A stretch of 64,000 bases of DNA, taken from positions 53,278 to 117,277 of the forward strand of contig JAPDFW010000143.1 in NCBI GenBank assembly GCA_028826165.1, written 5' to 3'. Shown piece after piece: positions 11,869-25,625 of this stretch. Position numbers and translations under genes: made by a program. Source of the stretch: Anaeramoeba ignava BMAN (taxonomy: Eukaryota > Protista > Anaeramoebae). The notes beneath the pieces are model-generated. The model was given only the letters and a program-made list of their open reading frames with translations. It was not told the DNA's origin and ran no database searches. Within the stretch, counting starts at the first letter, position 1, and the number at the start of each line of letters is the position of its first letter.

Positions 11869-14800
11869 TTAATTCTCATCATTTTTATTATTTTTTTTTA
11901 AATTTGGTTCAATTGATAGAAAATTCTTTTTCTTTAATTTTGTATACATTTTCGGACTTATACTTTTTGATCGACCAGATCGATAAGATTTATGAAATAT
12001 AACAATATCATCAACAGAAGGCATTGTTTGACTATGAATACGAGGAGGAATAATTTCATGATCAATTAAATTTTCACTTTTAAATTCTTTTTGATTTTTT
12101 TCGATATTTTTTTCAATATTGATTTCTTTTATTTCTTTTATTTCTTTTGATTTTGATTCTAAATCTAAATTATTTTCTAGATAATTGATATTAATTAGAA
12201 CAGGTGTTGGTGATTCATAAAGTAAATTTGTCATTTTTTGATTTAAATTTTGATTTTGATTTTGATTTTGATTTTTGATTTTGATTTGAATTTTGATTTG
12301 AATTTTGATTTGAATTTTGATTTAAATTTTGATTTAAATTTTGATTTGAATTTTGATTTAAATTTTGATTTGAATTTTGATTTGGATTCTCATTTTGATC
12401 CTTTTGAAGAGATACTGAAATGTAATCTTTTTTCTGGTGATGATTTGTTGTAAATTCATTCCTTTTTAAAATTGAAATGAATCTTCGATTCATTTTTTTT
12501 CTTTGATGTGGATTAGTTTTTACTTCATTCATTTTTCTTTGATTATGTAATTTTGTTTTTTCCATTTCGGATTCAAAAAGTTGTTTGAATGGATCACTTT
12601 CTTTTTGATCTTGTGGGTTTGTATGAGAAGAATTATAATCAATTAAAAAATCATCTTGATTTTGATTTTGATTTTTATCGTTTTTTTTGTTATTTTTTTT
12701 GATGTGTTTTTTAATATGTTTTCTATCATTTTTTTTTGTATTTTGTCCATTTGATTCAATAACTACTTGTGGAATTGGTTCAAAATGATTTTTTTCTGGA
12801 TTTATTTTTGTTTGATTTTCTTCATTGATTATTTCTATAACTTTATATTGTTTTTTAAGTATTTTTTGACTTGAATTATTTTCATTTTTCATTTTTATTT
12901 TCATTTTCATTTTCATTTTCATTTTTATTTTTATTTTCATTTTTATTTTCATTTTTATTTTTATCTTTATCTTTATTTTCATTTTTATCTTCATTTTTAT
13001 CTTTATCTTTATCTTCATCTTGATAAATTATTCCATTTTGAATTTGTGGATCAAATGTTTGTTCATTAATTTTTTGGAATGATTGATCTTTCTGTTGAAA
13101 AATTGGAGTTACAATTAATTTAGGAGAATTAGTTTTTTGATCATCAAATTTTTTAATTGATTTCAATTTTTTATTTTTTTGTTCATTTTCAACTAAATTT
13201 TAAATAAATTTTAAATAAATTTTAAATTAAATTATTTTTGGATTAAATTATTTTTGATTTGAATTATTTTTAAATTGAATTTTTGATTTGAATTATTTTT
13301 GATTTGAATTATTTTTGATTTGAATTTTTACCAATTGATCGAATAAGTTCAACAAATTCTTCAGGATCATCAATAGTCAAATTATATTTAGAAGTAATAT
13401 TTTTAACAAAAGAAGGATAATCTTGTTTTTCCAAATTAAAAGATTCATTAATAGTACTTTGTTTTCCATTAATAAAAACAGGAATATCAATATCAATTTC
13501 TTTTTGTGATTGAATTTCATTTGGATCTAAATAAAAAATAGCACTATTTGCATGAAGTGGTTTTTCTAATTTAGAATCAATGTTTTCTTCATTTTCATTT
13601 GATGTTTCATTTGGAATACTTGGTGTTGAAGCTTTTTCAAAAAATGGATGTTGTAAAAGCTGTTCTGCACTTGGTCTATTTAATTCTGGAAGAATACATA
13701 AATTAATAATTTCAAGAATTTCAGGATCTTTAACTTTTTCAATTGAAAGAGGTTTTTTTCCCTTTTTTAATTTAATTTTTTCATTTGAATTTTTAAATTA
13801 AATTTTTAAATTAAATTTTTGGATTAGATTTTTGGATTAGATTTTTGGATTAAATTTTTAAATTAAATTTTTTCATTTTGGATTAAATTTTTTGGATTAA
13901 ATTTTTTAGATTCGATTTTTTAGATTCGATTTTTTACTGAAAGAACTTTTCTGAATATTTGTGCTGCATTTTCACATTCAAAATATGGATAATCACCTGT
14001 TGCCATTTCTAAAATACACATTCCAAATGCATAAATATCAACTTTTTCTGTATAATGTTCATCATAAAGTTCTGGAGCCATAAAATTTGGTGTTCCTTTT
14101 TAATTTTAATTTTAATTTTAATTTTAAATTTAATTTTAATTTTAATTTTAATTTTAATTTTAATTTTAATTTTAATTTTAATAAATTTTAATTTTAGTTT
14201 TAATTTTAAATTTAATTTTAATTTAATTTTAATTTTAATTTTAATTTTAATTTTAATTTTAATTTTAATTTTAATTTTAATTTTAATTTTAATTTTAATT
14301 TAAATTTTAATTTTAATTTTAATTTTAATTTTAATTTTAATTTTAATTTTAATTTTAATTTTGATTTTAATTTTAATTTTAATTTTAATTTTAATTTTAA
14401 ATTTAATTTTAATTTTTAATTTTAATTTTAATTTTAATTTTAATTTTAATTTTAATTTTAATTTTAATTTTAATTTTAATTTTAATTTTAATTTTTAATT
14501 TTAATTTTAATTTTAATTTTAAATTTTGATTTTGATAAATTAAATTTGAATAGATTAGCAACAAAATAAATAAGTAAATAATAGAATAATAAGTACCAAT
14601 AACACTTTTAACATGATCAGCAAGTTTCAAAGTAGATTCACCTAAATCACCAATTTTGATTTTTCCTTTACTTCCATCAAAAAAAATATTATCACATTTA
14701 ATATCACGATGAATTATTGGAGGATCTCTTGAATGTAAATAATATATTCCTTCTAAAATTTGACGACTAAAATTACGAATAGCTTTTGTACTTAAACTCT

Positions 14801-17800
14801 TCACTTTATCAATATAATTTCTAAGACTTCCTGATGGCATGATTTGTGTAATAAATACTAATATTCTGTTTTCTGAATCAAGCCAAGTGTCAATTAGTTT
14901 AATTATTGCTTTGTGTTCTACTCCGTGAAGTAGTTTGATTTCCCGAAATAATTTTTCAGCATCCATTTGTGTTAAATGATCTAATTTTACTTGATTCCAA
15001 GCTACTTCACATCCCATTTCAGTATCAATTGCGTAATATACTGTTTTTATTGCTCCTCTTCCAAGTAATTTTGAATACTGTTATTTATTTTAATATTTAA
15101 TTTTAATATTTATTTTAATATTTATTTTAATATTTAATTTAATATTTAATTTAATATTTATTTTAATATTTATTTTAATATTTAATTTAATATTTAATTT
15201 AATATTTATTTTAATATTTATTTTAATATTTATTTTAATATTTATTTTAATATTTATTTTAATATTTGATTTAATATTTAATATAATATTTATTTTAATA
15301 TTTATTTTAATATTTATTTTAATATTTATTTCAATATTTATTTTAATATTTATTTTAATATTTATTTTGGATATTTATTTTAATATTTATTTTAATATTT
15401 ATTTTAATATTTATTTTAATATTTATTATTTATTTTAATATTTATTTTAATATTTATTAATTTATTTTAATATTTATTTTAATATTTATTTTAATATTTA
15501 TTTTAATATTTATTTTAATATTTATTTTTATTTATTTTTATTTATTTATTTTAATATTTATTTTAATATTTATTTTTAATATTTATTTTAATATTTGATT
15601 TAATATTTATTTTAATATTTAATTTAATATTTATTTTAATATTTTTTATTTTTTAATTTATTTATTTTAATATTTATTTAATTTAATATTTATTTTAATA
15701 TTTAATTTTAATATTTATTTTAATATTTATTTAATTTTAATATTTATTTCAATATTTATTTTAAATATTTATTTTGGATATTTATTTTAATATTTATTTA
15801 AATATTTATTTTAATATTTATTTTAATTTTTAATATTTAATTTAATATTTTATTTATTTATTTTATTTTAATTTATTTTTTATTTTAATATTTTATTTTA
15901 ATATTTTTAATTTTAATATTTATTTTAATATTTATTTTAATATTTAATTTATTTTAATATTTATTTTAATATTTAATTTAATATTTATTTTTAATATTTA
16001 TTTTAATATTTATTTTTAATATTTAAATTTTTTTAATATTTATTTTTAATATTTATTTTAATATTTAATTTTAATATTTATTTTAATATTTATTTTAATT
16101 TAATATTTATTTTAATATTTATTTTAATATTTATTTTAATATTTTTATTAAATTTATTTTTTTAATATTTATTTTAATATTTAATTTAATATTTATTTTA
16201 ATATTTATTTTTAGTATATTTATTTTAATTTTAATATTTATTTTTTATTTAATATTTATTTTTAATATTTATTTTTAATATTTATTTTAATATTTATTTT
16301 AATATTTATTTTAATATTTATTTTAATATTTATTTCAATATTTATTTTAATATTTATTTTAATATTTATTTTAAATTTATTTTTAATATTTTTTTAATAT
16401 TTATTTTAATATTTATTTTAATATTTATTTTAATATTTATTTTAATATTTATTTTAATATTTATTTTAATATTTATTTTAATATTTAATTTAATATTTAA
16501 TATTTGGTTCTTTATTTTTAATATTTATTTTAATATTTATTTTTAATATTTAATTTTAATATTTATTTTTATTTATTTTTAATATTTATTTTAATATTTA
16601 TTTTAAATATTTTTATTTTAATTTATTTTATTTTTATTTATTTATTTTAATATTTATTTTAATATTTATTTTAATATTTAATTTTAATATTTATTTTAAT
16701 TTATTTTTTTAATTTTATTTTAATATTTTATTTATTTTAATTTTATTTTTTTAATATTTATTTTAATATTTATTTTTAATATTTATTTTAATATTTATTT
16801 TTAATATTTTTTTAATATTTATTTTAATATTTAATTTTATTTATTTTTTTAATATTTATTTTAATATTTATTTTAATATTTAATTTATTTTTTAATATTT
16901 ATTTTAATATTTAATTTATTTTAATATATTTTAATATTTATTTTTTTTAAATTTATTTTTAATATTTTTTTAATGTTTTATTTAATATTTATTTTTAATA
17001 TTTATTTTTAATTTTATTTTTATTCAATATTTATTTTAATATTCATTTTAATATTTATTTTATTATTTATTTTGGATATTTATTTTAATATTTATTTTAA
17101 TATTTATTTTTATTTATTTTAATATATTTATTTTAATAATTTTATTTTTTTTTAATATTTATTTTAAGATATTTAATTTTAATATTTATTTTTAATATTT
17201 ATTTAATATTTTTTTAATATTTTATTTTAATTTTATATTTAATATTTATTTTAATTTTTATTTTATTTAATATTATATTTAATATTTATTTTAATATTTA
17301 ATTTAATATTTATTTTAATATTTAATTTGATTTAATATTTGATTTTTAATATTTATTTTAATATTTATTTAATATTTAAATATTTAATTTTAATATTTAA
17401 TTTAATATTTAATATTTAATTTTATTTAATTTAATATTTATTTTTTAATATTTATTTTTAATATTTATTTTTATTTTAATATTTATTTTAATTTAATATT
17501 TATTTATTTTAATATTTGATTTAATATTTGATTTAATATTTATTTTAATATTTAATTTAATATTTAATTTTAATATTTATTACAATATATTTAATATAAA
17601 TATTTATTTTAATATTTATTTTAATATTTAATTTAATATTTATTCGTTAATGTTCTTTTTTTAATTTGTTTTTTAATTGATGAAAAATAGAATTATTTAT
17701 CAATTAAATAATCTATTTTTGTGTTCAGTTTTGTTTTTAAAAATAAATAAAGAGAAAAAATTTTTTTTTAAATAAAAGTTTCTTGTTTAAAATTAATTAA

Positions 17801-17937
17801 AAATTAAATTGAGAAAAAATTTCCTTAATTTAAAAAAAAAAAGGAATTATAATTGGATTCTTCTTTTGTTTTATTTTGTTTACTCTTGTATATTTCCCAT
17901 GTTTCTCTACTTGCACAAATTTATCTGATTGAAACAT
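11869..17937 (-). CDS. WNK: WNK-family Ser/Thr kinase, about 5 exons; frameshifts in the low-complexity tail
   Basis: Exon 1 17937-17884 reads [18 protein letters not shown]. Exon 2 from 15077 reads [14 protein letters not shown]...CEVAWNQ...[14 protein letters not shown]...KIGDLG. Exon 3 reads [15 protein letters not shown]...[19 protein letters not shown]. The Lys in the Gly-rich loop plus EVAWN is the WNK signature. Confidence 0.9.
15078..17883 (-). repeat. 2806-nt WNK intron 1 filled with a degenerate (AATATTTATTTT)n satellite
   Basis: GTAAAC donor at 17883 and CAG acceptor at 15078, phase 0. Confidence 0.85.
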
Positions 17938-18022
17938 ATTATCCAAAATAAAAATAAAAAGGAAAAATGAAAAGAAAAAAAAAAAATATTTAATTAAAAA
18001 AAAGAATAAAAAAAAAATTAAA

Positions 18023-18107
18023 TGACAGCAGTGGGATTTGAACCCACGCGGACTTCATGTCCATTAGAGCTTAAATCTAACGCCTTAGACCACTCGGCCA
18101 TACTGTC
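18023..18107 (-). tRNA. tRNA-Leu (anticodon TAA), copy 1
   Basis: GACAGTATGGCCGAGTGGTCTAAGGCGTTAGATTTAAGCTCTAATGGACATGAAGTCCGCGTGGGTTCAAATCCCACTGCTGTCA. It has A and B boxes, a long variable arm and downstream T-runs. Confidence 0.96.
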
Positions 18108-18199
18108 TTAATTTAAATTTTTTAATTTAAAATTTCTTTTTTTCTTATTTTTTTTTATTCAAAATTTACCTCTTTTATATATTAATTTTAAAATAATTT

Positions 18200-19485
18200 T
18201 TTTTTATTTTTATTTAAAACATTTACTTAAATTATAAATAGATTTAAAATATATTTAAATAATAATTAATAAATAAATTTATTTCAAAATAAAAAATGGA
18301 ATAAAAATTAAAAATAAAAAAATTTAAATTATAATAAAATAAAATTAAAAATAAAATATATTTAAATAAAAATAAAATAATTTAAATTAATTAAATTTAT
18401 TTCAAAATAAAAATTAAATAAAATTATAAATATAAAAAAAAATATAAATTTAAATTAATAATTAATTAATAAATTTATTCCAAAAATAAAAAAAGTGGAA
18501 TAAAATTATAAATTAAATTATAAATAAAAATTAAATATATTTAAATAATAATTAATAAATTTATTCAAAATAAATTTAAATTCCAAAATAAAAATTAAAA
18601 ATAAAATTATAAATAAAAATAAAATAAAATTTAAATAAAAATAAAATATATTTAAATAATAATAATTAATAAATAAATTTATTCAAAAATAAAAAAATAA
18701 AAAAATAAAATAAAAATTTTAAATAATAATTAATAAATTTATTCCAAAATAAAATTAAATAAAATTATAAATAAAAATAAAATATATTTAAAAATTATAA
18801 TTAATAAAAATAAATTTATTTCAAAATAAAAAGTGGAATAAAAAAATAAATAAAAATAAAATAATTTAAAATAATTAATAAAATTTATTCCAAAATAAAA
18901 ATTAAAATAAAATTATTTAAAAATAAAATATATTTAAATTTAATTAATAAATTTATTTTCAAAATAAAAAAAATTTAAAATTAAATTATAAATAAAATAA
19001 AAATATATTTTAAATTTAATTAATTAAAAAATTTATTCCAAAATAAAAATTAAATAAAATTATAAATAAAAATAAAATATATTTAAATTATAATTAATAA
19101 ATAAATTTATTCCAAAATAAAAAGTGGAATAAAAATTAAATAAAATTATAAATAAAAATAAAATATATTTAAATTATAATTAATAAATAAATTTATTCAA
19201 AATAAAAAGTGGAATAAAATTTAAATAAAAATTATAAATAAAAAAATTAAAAATAAATTTATTTAAATTATAATTAATAAAAATAAATTTATTCCAAAAT
19301 CCAAAAAAAAGTGGAATAAAAATTAAATAAAATTATAAATAAAATAATTTTAAATTTAAAAATAAAATAGATTTAAATAATAATTAATTAAATAAATTTA
19401 TCCAAAATAAAAAGTGGAATAAAAATTAAATTAAATTATAAATAAAATTAAAATAGATTTAAATAATAATAAATAAATAAATTTA
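18200..19485. repeat. Degenerate 60-90 nt minisatellite between the tRNA copies, with TTTATTCCA-N10-TGGAATAAA inverted repeats
   Basis: Recurring unit, e.g. aaatttattccaaaataaaaagtggaataaaaatt at about 19103. Confidence 0.75.
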
Positions 19486-19574
19486 TTCCAAAATAAAAAT
19501 AAAAAAAAAGGAAAAAAATGAAAAGAAAAAAAAAATATTTAATTAAAAAAAAAAAAAGAATAAAAAAAATTAAA

Positions 19575-19659
19575 TGACAGCAGTGGGATTTGAACCCACG
19601 CGGACTTCATGTCCATTAGAGCTTAAATCTAACGCCTTAGACCACTCGGCCATACTGTC
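19575..19659 (-). tRNA. tRNA-Leu (anticodon TAA), copy 2
   Basis: Identical to copy 1, with about 80-90 nt of near-identical flank on each side. Confidence 0.96.
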
Positions 19660-19880
19660 TTAATTTAAATTTTTTAATTTAAATTTTCTTTTTTTCTTAT
19701 TTTTTTTTATTCAAAATTTACCTCTTTTATATATTAATTTTAAAATAATTAAATACGTCATCTTATTAAAAAAATAATAAATAAAAAAAAATTTTTTTTA
19801 AATTTTTTTTTTCATTTTTTTTTCTATTTTTTCTATTTTTATTATTATTATTATTATTAAAAAATTAATAAGAAAAATAA

Positions 19881-20696
19881 ATGGATAAAAAACAACAAGA
19901 AGAAGAAGAAAAAGATTCAAAAGAAAAACAAGAAAATTTAAATAAAGAAAAAGAAAAACAAGAAGATTTAAGCGAACAATCTACACCCAAAAAAGTAACC
20001 TTTCTATTACCAATACCACAAGGAGAAGAATCAGAAAGATATGAAATGCTTCAACGTTCGCAAGACTTTGAACTAATTTATATCAGTTCAACATCTGAGT
20101 CTGAGATGAGTGGAAATGAAATAGCATTTGGAGAAGAAAAAAAACAAGAAAAAGTAATAAAATCTCCACAATCCGACTCGATCCATAAACGCTATCAAAT
20201 CCCAAACAATGAGAACTCAAAGAAATATCGGCGATGGTTAAATAATCAGTATCTTAGTTCGGATCCTGAAAGTGATTATGATGAAAAACATAATTTGGAA
20301 TATAATGATTTAGTTGAAAATTCTTCACTTTTTCAATTCGTTTTTGATAATGATAATCTTCAAAAAATTCAAAAGTTTCTTTGCGTTTCTTTTGATGAAC
20401 AAATGGATTTTTTGGATAGTTTTAAACAAGAAAGACAAAATGAAAGAAAACTTAGAAGAGAAAAAAGAAAAAAAATGAAAGAAAAAAAAACAAATGAAAA
20501 TTTAAATGAAAATGAAAATTTAAATGAAAATGAAAATGAAAATGAAAATGAAAATGAAAATGAAAATGAAAATGAAAATGAAAATGAAAATGAAAATGAA
20601 AATTTAAATCAAAATGAAAATGAAAATCAAAATCAAAATCAAAATCAAAATCAAAATCAAAAACAAAATGAAAATCAAAATAAAAATAAAAATTAG
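19881..20696 (+). CDS. R3H-associated N-terminal domain protein (R3HDM4-like), no R3H domain seen
   Basis: KKYRRWLNNQYL...SSLFQFVF...FLCVSFDEQMDFL resembles the R3H-assoc domain. The protein ends in EN/QN repeats. Confidence 0.55.
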   Translation: MDKKQQEEEEKDSKEKQENLNKEKEKQEDLSEQSTPKKVTFLLPIPQGEESERYEMLQRSQDFELIYISSTSESEMSGNEIAFGEEKKQEKVIKSPQSDSIHKRYQIPNNENSKKYRRWLNNQYLSSDPESDYDEKHNLEYNDLVENSSLFQFVFDNDNLQKIQKFLCVSFDEQMDFLDSFKQERQNERKLRREKRKKMKEKKTNENLNENENLNENENENENENENENENENENENENENLNQNENENQNQNQNQNQNQKQNENQNKNKN

Positions 20697-21116
20697 TAAA
20701 AATTAAAAGGTAAAATTCTATTTTGTAATTTCATTAAATTCATTTAGAATTATAAAATTTAAAACTATCTTCTCAAAAAAAAAACCATAATTTAAAAAAT
20801 ATTTTTTTAAATCATCAAAAAAAATTTTGAATAAAAAAATATTTTTTTTTCTGATTTAATTTTTTCATTTTTTTCCTTTTTTAAAAAACCAGAAAAAAAA
20901 AATGAATAATAATAATCAAAATCAAAATCAAAATTAAAATCAAAATCAAAATTAAAATCAAAATCAAAATCAAAATCAAAATCAAAATCAAAATCAAAAA
21001 CAAAATCAAAATCAAAATCAAAATCAAAATCAAAATCAAAATCAAAATCAAAATCAAAATCAAAATCAAAATCAAAATCAAAATCAAATGAAAATCAAAA
21101 TCAAAATCAAAATCAA

Positions 21117-22902
21117 ATGAAAAATCAAATGAAAAATCAAATGAAAAATCAAAATCAAATGAAAAATCAAAATCAAATGAAAAATCAAAATCTAAATGAA
21201 AATCAAAATCAAATTGAAAATGAAATGAAAAATTTAGAAAAAAAAGTAACAAAAAATTTAATTGAAGATTATTCAAACCTTTTAAATATAAATTTATTTA
21301 AAGATTTTTCAATTTTTGTTGATAATGAATCAAATCCTTTTGAATTTAAAGTTCATAAATCAATTTTATCTTCAAGATCTTCTTTTTTTAATAAGTTTTT
21401 AAGAGAAGAAAATCATCGTGATAAAATTTTTTTAAACCAATTTAATAAAAAAGAAATGGAATCAATTTTGAGTTATATTTATTATGGAAATGTTTCTTTT
21501 GAGAATCAAGAAAACCTTTTTGAATTATTGGAAATTTCAATTCATTTTAAATTAAATTTATTGAAAGAAATTATTCAAAAAAAAATTTCAAATTCAATTA
21601 ATTATTCAAATTTTTTCCAATTTTTTTTCCAAAATCGAGACTTAAAATTAAATGAAATTGAAATAAAATGTTTTGAATTAATAAATCAAAATTTTTCCCA
21701 AATTAAGAAAAATGAAAATTTATTCAATTTAACTGAAGAAGAAATTATCAAATTTATTCAATTTAAACAAGAAAAAAAAGAAATTTTTGAATTTGATTTT
21801 TTTCAATTTTTAAGTAAATGGATTAAAAAAAGAAATGAGAAATTAAAAGGAAAGAAAGAACAAGAAAAAGAAAAGGGAATTGAAAAGAAAAGATTATCTC
21901 ATTCTTTTTTTTCATTGATTGAAAAAGATTCAATTTCAAAACAAGATTTTGATAAATTAAAAGAATTCGATTTTTTTCCAAATTCTTTTTTAGTTAATCT
22001 TGAAAGAACTTCATCTCAAATTCAAGAACAAGAAAATGAAAAGATCAAAAAAGAGAACAAAACTTTCGAAAATACAATTAAAAGAAGAGATAAAAAAATC
22101 AAATTAAAAAAGAATGAAATTGAAGATAAAAAGAAAGAAATAAAAAAGAAAAATCAAGAAATAAAAAAGAAAAACAAAGAAATCCAATCAAAAAATAAAA
22201 TAATCCAATCAAAAGATGAAATAATCCAATCAAAAGATGAAATAATCAAAAATTTGGAATCACAAATTATAAAAAACAAAGCAAAAGAAAAAACATTAAA
22301 GGAATTACATGATAAATTAAAGGAGATCTTTAAAAATTCCGAAATTATTGAAGAAGTTGAATATATGAAGAAATTAAAAAAATGGATAAATGATAATGAT
22401 TTTTTTTCCAAAATGAAAAAAGGATTTTCAGCAAAAAGATGGATTTTCTTCTACAAAATGGCATGAAACAGTTGATGGGAAAGGAAAAACATTAGTTATT
22501 ATCAAAACAACAGATAATTATATTTTTGGAGGATTTACTCAAATTGGATTTAAATCCAATCAATCTGTAAATTTAGCAAAAATTCGTGATCCAAATGCAT
22601 TTATTTTTTCATTAAGAAAAGATGATGATGATAGAATACCTGAAAAATTTACAATCAAAAAAGGAAAAGAAGATTTCGCTATTTTTTCTAATTCAACTTT
22701 TGGTCCAAGTTTTGGAGAATGGTTTAGAAATGTTTATCCAGATTTTTATTTATCTTCTGATTTTCGATCTGGTTATTCAAATTTTGGTCATAGTTATAAT
22801 CTGCCTATTGAAATTGAATATGGTTCAAATCAAGCTAAAAGTTATTTAGCTGGTTCTCCTGATAAATGGGTTATTGATGAACTTGAGACTTATTTCATTT
22901 AA
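21117..22902 (+). CDS. BTB-coiled coil-TLDc domain protein; one frameshift near 22435
   Basis: BTB motif KDFSIFV...FKVHKSILSSRSSFF. After the frameshift, DGFSSTKWHETVDGKGKTLVIIKTTDNYIFGGFT...AFIFSL...FGPSFG...DELETYFI* is a TLDc domain. Confidence 0.8.
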
Positions 22903-23034
22903 AAACTTTTTTCTTTCCTTTTTTTCAAAATTCAATTTTGTTTTCATTTACTTTCAATCAAATTAAATTCTTCGAATCAATAAATAAGAAACTAATCCAA
23001 TTTTAAAAAATTTAATTTTAATTTAAAAATATTT

Positions 23035-23625
23035 TTATCAATTTTATTAAATTTTTTAGAATAATTTTATACTATTTTAAATAAAGAAATATTGATAAAA
23101 TATAAAATAGAAATTAATTTTAAATTTAAATATTTAATATTCTTTAATCCATTTTTGAAATAAATTAATTAAAATATTTTATTAATTTTATTAAATTTTT
23201 TAGAATAATTTTATACAATTTTAAATAAAGAAATATTAATAGATATAAAATAGAAATTAATTTTAAATTTAAATATTTAATATTCTTTATTTCATTTTTG
23301 AAATAAATTAATTAAAATATTTTATTAATTTTATTAAATTTTTAGAATAATTTTATACTATTTTAAATAAAGAAATATTTAATTAAAATATAATAGAAAT
23401 TAATTTTATTAAATTTTTAAATATTAATAGATATAAAATAGAAATTAATTTTAAATTAAATTATTTAATATTCTTTAATCCATTTTTGAAATAAATTAAT
23501 TAAAATATTTTGTTAATTTTATTAAATTTTTTAGAATAATTTTATACTATTTTAAATAAAGAAATATTAATAGATATAAAATAGAAATTGATTTTAAATT
23601 TAATTATTTATTATTCTTTAATCCA
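23035..23625. repeat. Tandem repeat of about 120 bp, about 5 copies
   Basis: Recurring ttttattaaattttttagaataattttatactattttaaataaagaaatatt. Confidence 0.8.
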
Positions 23626-23690
23626 TTTTTTTTCTTTTGTTTCAAAATTTTTTTTTCCTTTTTCATTTTTTTTTTTTCATTTTTTTTTTA

Positions 23691-25625
23691 ATGAGTTTTG
23701 AACAATATCAAAAATATATTTTATTTCGAACACAATTAGGAATACTTTATTTCAAACAAGGAAAATATGAAAAATCATTTGAATGTTTAAAAATATATTC
23801 AGAAGAAGAAATCAAAAAAACTATTATTGAAACAAAACCAAAAAAAATAACTGAATTTTTAGAATTAAAAGATTTTCCAAATTATTTTATTAAAAAAACT
23901 CAAATAATTCAAATACAAAAGAAATTCACACCAAAAATACAATCAGGATATTTGATTTTCTCTTTGCTTTTGCATAAATTTCAAAGAACTGAGGAATCAA
24001 TTCAAATTTTAAAATTTTTCAAGTCAAATTTAAATGAAAATATTCAAGTTAATTTTCTTTTAGGTTATTTTTATCTTTCATTGAAAAATTATCAAAAAGC
24101 AGAAAAATATTTGATTTTAGTCATAATTTCACAAGAACAAAATCAATTCAAATCAAAAGCTTATCTTTTTCTTTCTATTGCTTTGTTTAATCAATCAAAA
24201 TTCAAAGATTCTCTTTCTATAATTGAACAATTTGAAAATAATTTAAACAAAAATTTGAAAATTAGTTCAGATAAAAATCATGATCAAGAAGCTTTATTTA
24301 ATAATTTTTTAACAGAATATTTACCTGAATTAAGTCGAATTCAACAAGCAAGAAATATTTTGATTGAAAAATTAAATCCAAATCAAAAATTAAATCCAAA
24401 TCAAAAATTAAATCCAAATCAAAAATTAAATCCAAATCAAAAATTAAATCCAAATCAAAAATTAAATCCAAATCAAAAATTAAATCCAAATGAAGAATTA
24501 AATCCAAATGAAGAATTAAATTTAAATCAAAAATTAAATTTAAATCAAAAATTAAATTTAAATCAAAAATTAAATTTAAATCAAAAATTAAATTTAAATC
24601 AAAAATTAAATTTAAATCAAAAATTAAATTCAAATCAAAAATTAAATTCAAATCAAAAATTAAATTTAAATCAAAATTTAAATTTAAATCAAAAATTAAA
24701 TTCAAATCAAAAATCAAATTCAAATGAATTGAATTTAAATCAAAAATATATTTCAAATCAAGAATTCATTGCTAATATAAGAAAAGAAATTGAAAAAGAT
24801 TCTTCTTTTAATTTAAATATATTGAATGATTTACAAAAAAATTTCGAAAATTATTTCCAAAAACATCAAGTTATCAATCAAATTATCCTTTCCAAAATTT
24901 ATTTTATATTTTCTAAATATTATTTTCAGAATAAATTATATGAAAAAGCAAATGAATTTTGTGAAAAATCATTGATTCACAATTCAGTTGATAAAAATAT
25001 ATATATTATGTTAGCATTGATAGCTAAAGAAAGGAAAGATTTCGAACAAGAAATGAAAATAATCAAGATTTATTTCAAGATTTATGAAGATTATCGAAGA
25101 TTTATTGAAATTCCATGGATTAATCGAGTAAAAATTTTTGGAAGATATTTCCAAAAAAATAAAGAATTAAATGAAGTGATTGATTTTTCAAAAGAGAATA
25201 AATTAGTAATTAGTATTCAAGAAGCAAATAAATATTTGAAGAATATATTCAAGAAAATTCACAATTCAGATGATAATTTTCCAAAAATACTCACTTATAA
25301 AGGATTCTATTTCAAAAATAATAAGTTATTTTCAATTAAAATGAAAAGCAAAGAATCTCAAAAATTTTCAAAATGTCGAAAATTATGTGAAAATATAGAA
25401 CTTATTAAAAATAGATTTTCTCATCAAATTGAAGAAGTTAGTCAATTTTTTTTAGAACAACATATTCCACATGGTTTATTATTACAAAGCAGTTTTTTTT
25501 ATGAAAATAAGATTTATATTTGGCATTTTTTCAAAGTGACTTTTTGTGATTTTTTAACAGGAAAGAAAACTCAATGGGAAAAGATTGATGCTAATGATAA
25601 AAAGAAAATTACGAGAAAAAATTAA
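23691..25625 (+). CDS. TPR-like helical repeat protein with an internal (P/L)NQKLN hexapeptide repeat
   Basis: TPR-like segments LGILYFKQGKYEKSFECL and LLGYFYLSLKNYQKAEKYL. An 18-nt repeat spans about 24370-24745. Confidence 0.65.
   Translation: MSFEQYQKYILFRTQLGILYFKQGKYEKSFECLKIYSEEEIKKTIIETKPKKITEFLELKDFPNYFIKKTQIIQIQKKFTPKIQSGYLIFSLLLHKFQRTEESIQILKFFKSNLNENIQVNFLLGYFYLSLKNYQKAEKYLILVIISQEQNQFKSKAYLFLSIALFNQSKFKDSLSIIEQFENNLNKNLKISSDKNHDQEALFNNFLTEYLPELSRIQQARNILIEKLNPNQKLNPNQKLNPNQKLNPNQKLNPNQKLNPNQKLNPNEELNPNEELNLNQKLNLNQKLNLNQKLNLNQKLNLNQKLNLNQKLNSNQKLNSNQKLNLNQNLNLNQKLNSNQKSNSNELNLNQKYISNQEFIANIRKEIEKDSSFNLNILNDLQKNFENYFQKHQVINQIILSKIYFIFSKYYFQNKLYEKANEFCEKSLIHNSVDKNIYIMLALIAKERKDFEQEMKIIKIYFKIYEDYRRFIEIPWINRVKIFGRYFQKNKELNEVIDFSKENKLVISIQEANKYLKNIFKKIHNSDDNFPKILTYKGFYFKNNKLFSIKMKSKESQKFSKCRKLCENIELIKNRFSHQIEEVSQFFLEQHIPHGLLLQSSFFYENKIYIWHFFKVTFCDFLTGKKTQWEKIDANDKKKITRKN

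Noticed and set aside
18200-19485. CRISPR-like array with a palindromic repeat
   Set aside because: The intervening sequences are themselves repetitive, the repeats are degenerate, there are no cas genes, and the context is eukaryotic.
20902-20960. In-frame TAA codons within a CAA-AAT repeat after an upstream ATG, suggesting TAA=Gln recoding
   Set aside because: Most genes here end at TAA at homologous C-termini, and no conserved domain contains in-frame TAA. Repeat mutation or an upstream non-coding repeat is simpler.
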